This document shows positions 62,794-64,000 of a DNA stretch of 64,000 nucleotides, one piece after another. Both the position numbers and the translations under genes were made by a program. This DNA comes from Candidatus Krumholzibacteriota bacterium (GTDB taxonomy: Bacteria > Krumholzibacteriota > Krumholzibacteriia > JAJRXK01). The notes under the pieces were generated by a model. The model did no database searches, was not told where the DNA came from, and saw only the letters and a program-made list of their open reading frames with translations. The stretch covers positions 320,001-384,000 of the forward strand of contig CAVSGG010000008.1 in the NCBI GenBank assembly GCA_963727455.1, read 5' to 3'. Position 1 is the first letter of the stretch. Each line of letters starts with the position of its first letter.

Positions 62794-63816
62794 GTGAGAG
62801 TACTCGCGACCGTCTCGAGCTTCCTTCTCATGAGCGCGCTTTTGGGCAGTGGAGTCTCCAGGGCAGAGGACGAAGTGACCCCGGGACCTTGGCAATTCGA
62901 AATGCTTGCTGGTTTCAATCTCAACCAGAGCGCGTTTTCGAACAACTGGTCCGGTGGAGATCGTGGAGCTTTCGCCTGGAGCATCAAGTCCGACCTACGT
63001 GCGGAACGTCAATTCACGCAGTCCTTCAACTGGACGAACACCCTGAGCCTGGCCTACGGCGTCACTGCCAAACAGGTGGCCGACCCCGACAATCCAAAGA
63101 AGAAGGTCTGGGATCGCCCGGAGAAGAGCGACGATCAAATCCTCCTGGAATCGACGGCACGCTGGGGCAAGACCTCGCTCAACCCTTACCTCCAATTTCG
63201 CTTCGAGACACAGTTCTTGGACAAGAGCGATCCGCGCGGGGCTCTGAAATTCAATCCGCTGCGTTTCAACGAAGCGGCCGGGATCACCAAGGTGATTCAA
63301 AAGACCGAAAAGCGAGAGATCCTCACCCGGCTCGGATTCAGCGTGCGTGAGAACGTGGCCAAGACCTTTCAGGATCTGGCCGGTGATAGGACCTCGAGGA
63401 CCAGCACGATGGACGGTGGATTGGAATGGCAGAGCGTGGCAGGCTTTCCTTTTTCCAAGGAACGCTTCTCTTTGAACTCACGGCTGATTCTCTTCTTGCC
63501 CGTCTTCTATTCGGCCAAGAGTGATTTGAAAGACTTCGACCAGGACAGGATCGACGCCGGAATGCCAGGTGACGCCATAGCCGACTACTGGAAGCAAGCG
63601 AGCGCCGACTGGCAGAACACCCTCACTGCCAAAGTCACAGACCTCTTGTCGGTGAATCTGTTCTTTCAGCTCGTCTACGAAAAATTCGACACGAGCACCG
63701 ACCTGAGTCCCGACCTGCCGCTGGACGTGCGTGTGGCAAACGCCGACGTGGGTATCCGCAAGGCAGCGCAATGGAAGCAGACTCTGGCTCTGAGCTTGAA
63801 TTACCGCTTCTTCTAA
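62794..63816 (+). CDS. DUF3078-like outer-membrane beta-barrel protein
   Basis: Signal peptide; NQSAFSNNWSGG, LAYG, KSDD; ends LNYRFF. Confidence 0.78.
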   Translation: MRVLATVSSFLLMSALLGSGVSRAEDEVTPGPWQFEMLAGFNLNQSAFSNNWSGGDRGAFAWSIKSDLRAERQFTQSFNWTNTLSLAYGVTAKQVADPDNPKKKVWDRPEKSDDQILLESTARWGKTSLNPYLQFRFETQFLDKSDPRGALKFNPLRFNEAAGITKVIQKTEKREILTRLGFSVRENVAKTFQDLAGDRTSRTSTMDGGLEWQSVAGFPFSKERFSLNSRLILFLPVFYSAKSDLKDFDQDRIDAGMPGDAIADYWKQASADWQNTLTAKVTDLLSVNLFFQLVYEKFDTSTDLSPDLPLDVRVANADVGIRKAAQWKQTLALSLNYRFF

Positions 63817-63862
63817 GCCGCGGGCTTTGACGAACCTTCACCCTCTCAAGGGAAGTTTTGAC

Positions 63863-64000
63863 ATGGACAGCCAATCCGTACAGGGCCTCTACCTCACCAT
63901 CCAGGACCTTGCCGTTGCCTACGGTGGACGCATCCTCGGCGCCATCGCCATTCTGATCGTGGGTAGGATTGCCGCGGGGATCATCTCCAAGGCCGTTCAC
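63863..64000 (+). CDS. N-terminus of a probable MscS mechanosensitive channel (partial)
   Basis: MDSQSVQGLYLTIQDLAVAYGGRILGAIAILIVGRIAAGIISKAVH resembles MscS TM1; runs off the window. Confidence 0.6.
   Translation, partial: MDSQSVQGLYLTIQDLAVAYGGRILGAIAILIVGRIAAGIISKAVH

Overview
GC-rich bacterial chromosomal segment with about 55 protein-coding genes. I recognised no rRNA, tRNA, CRISPR array, integrase or transposase. Secreted proteins ending in FlgD-Ig-like domains or an 'SWGxxK' tail, a gingipain-like C25 protease and outer-membrane barrels suggest a diderm FCB-related candidate phylum such as Krumholzibacteriota, Latescibacterota or Eisenbacteria (inference only). Core content: class II RNR with tandem NrdR boxes; an archaeal-type HMG-CoA synthase/thiolase/DUF35 operon; leucine-type carboxylase genes with AtuA; FadR-like TetR plus fadN/fadA/fadE; fused 2-oxoacid dehydrogenase E1; several peptidases; HipBA; and a pentaheme cytochrome. 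Most notable oddities: (1) an HNH nuclease gene bracketed by a recurring palindrome TCTACCCGGGTA; (2) two unannotated, highly structured ~370-390 nt intergenic units, each with a promoter and terminator, one sigma54-type next to an enhancer-binding protein gene; (3) paralogous secreted proteins sharing a 203-bp near-identical 5' cassette, one frameshifted; (4) repeated leaderless promoter architecture. All calls are by eye from motifs; no searches were run.
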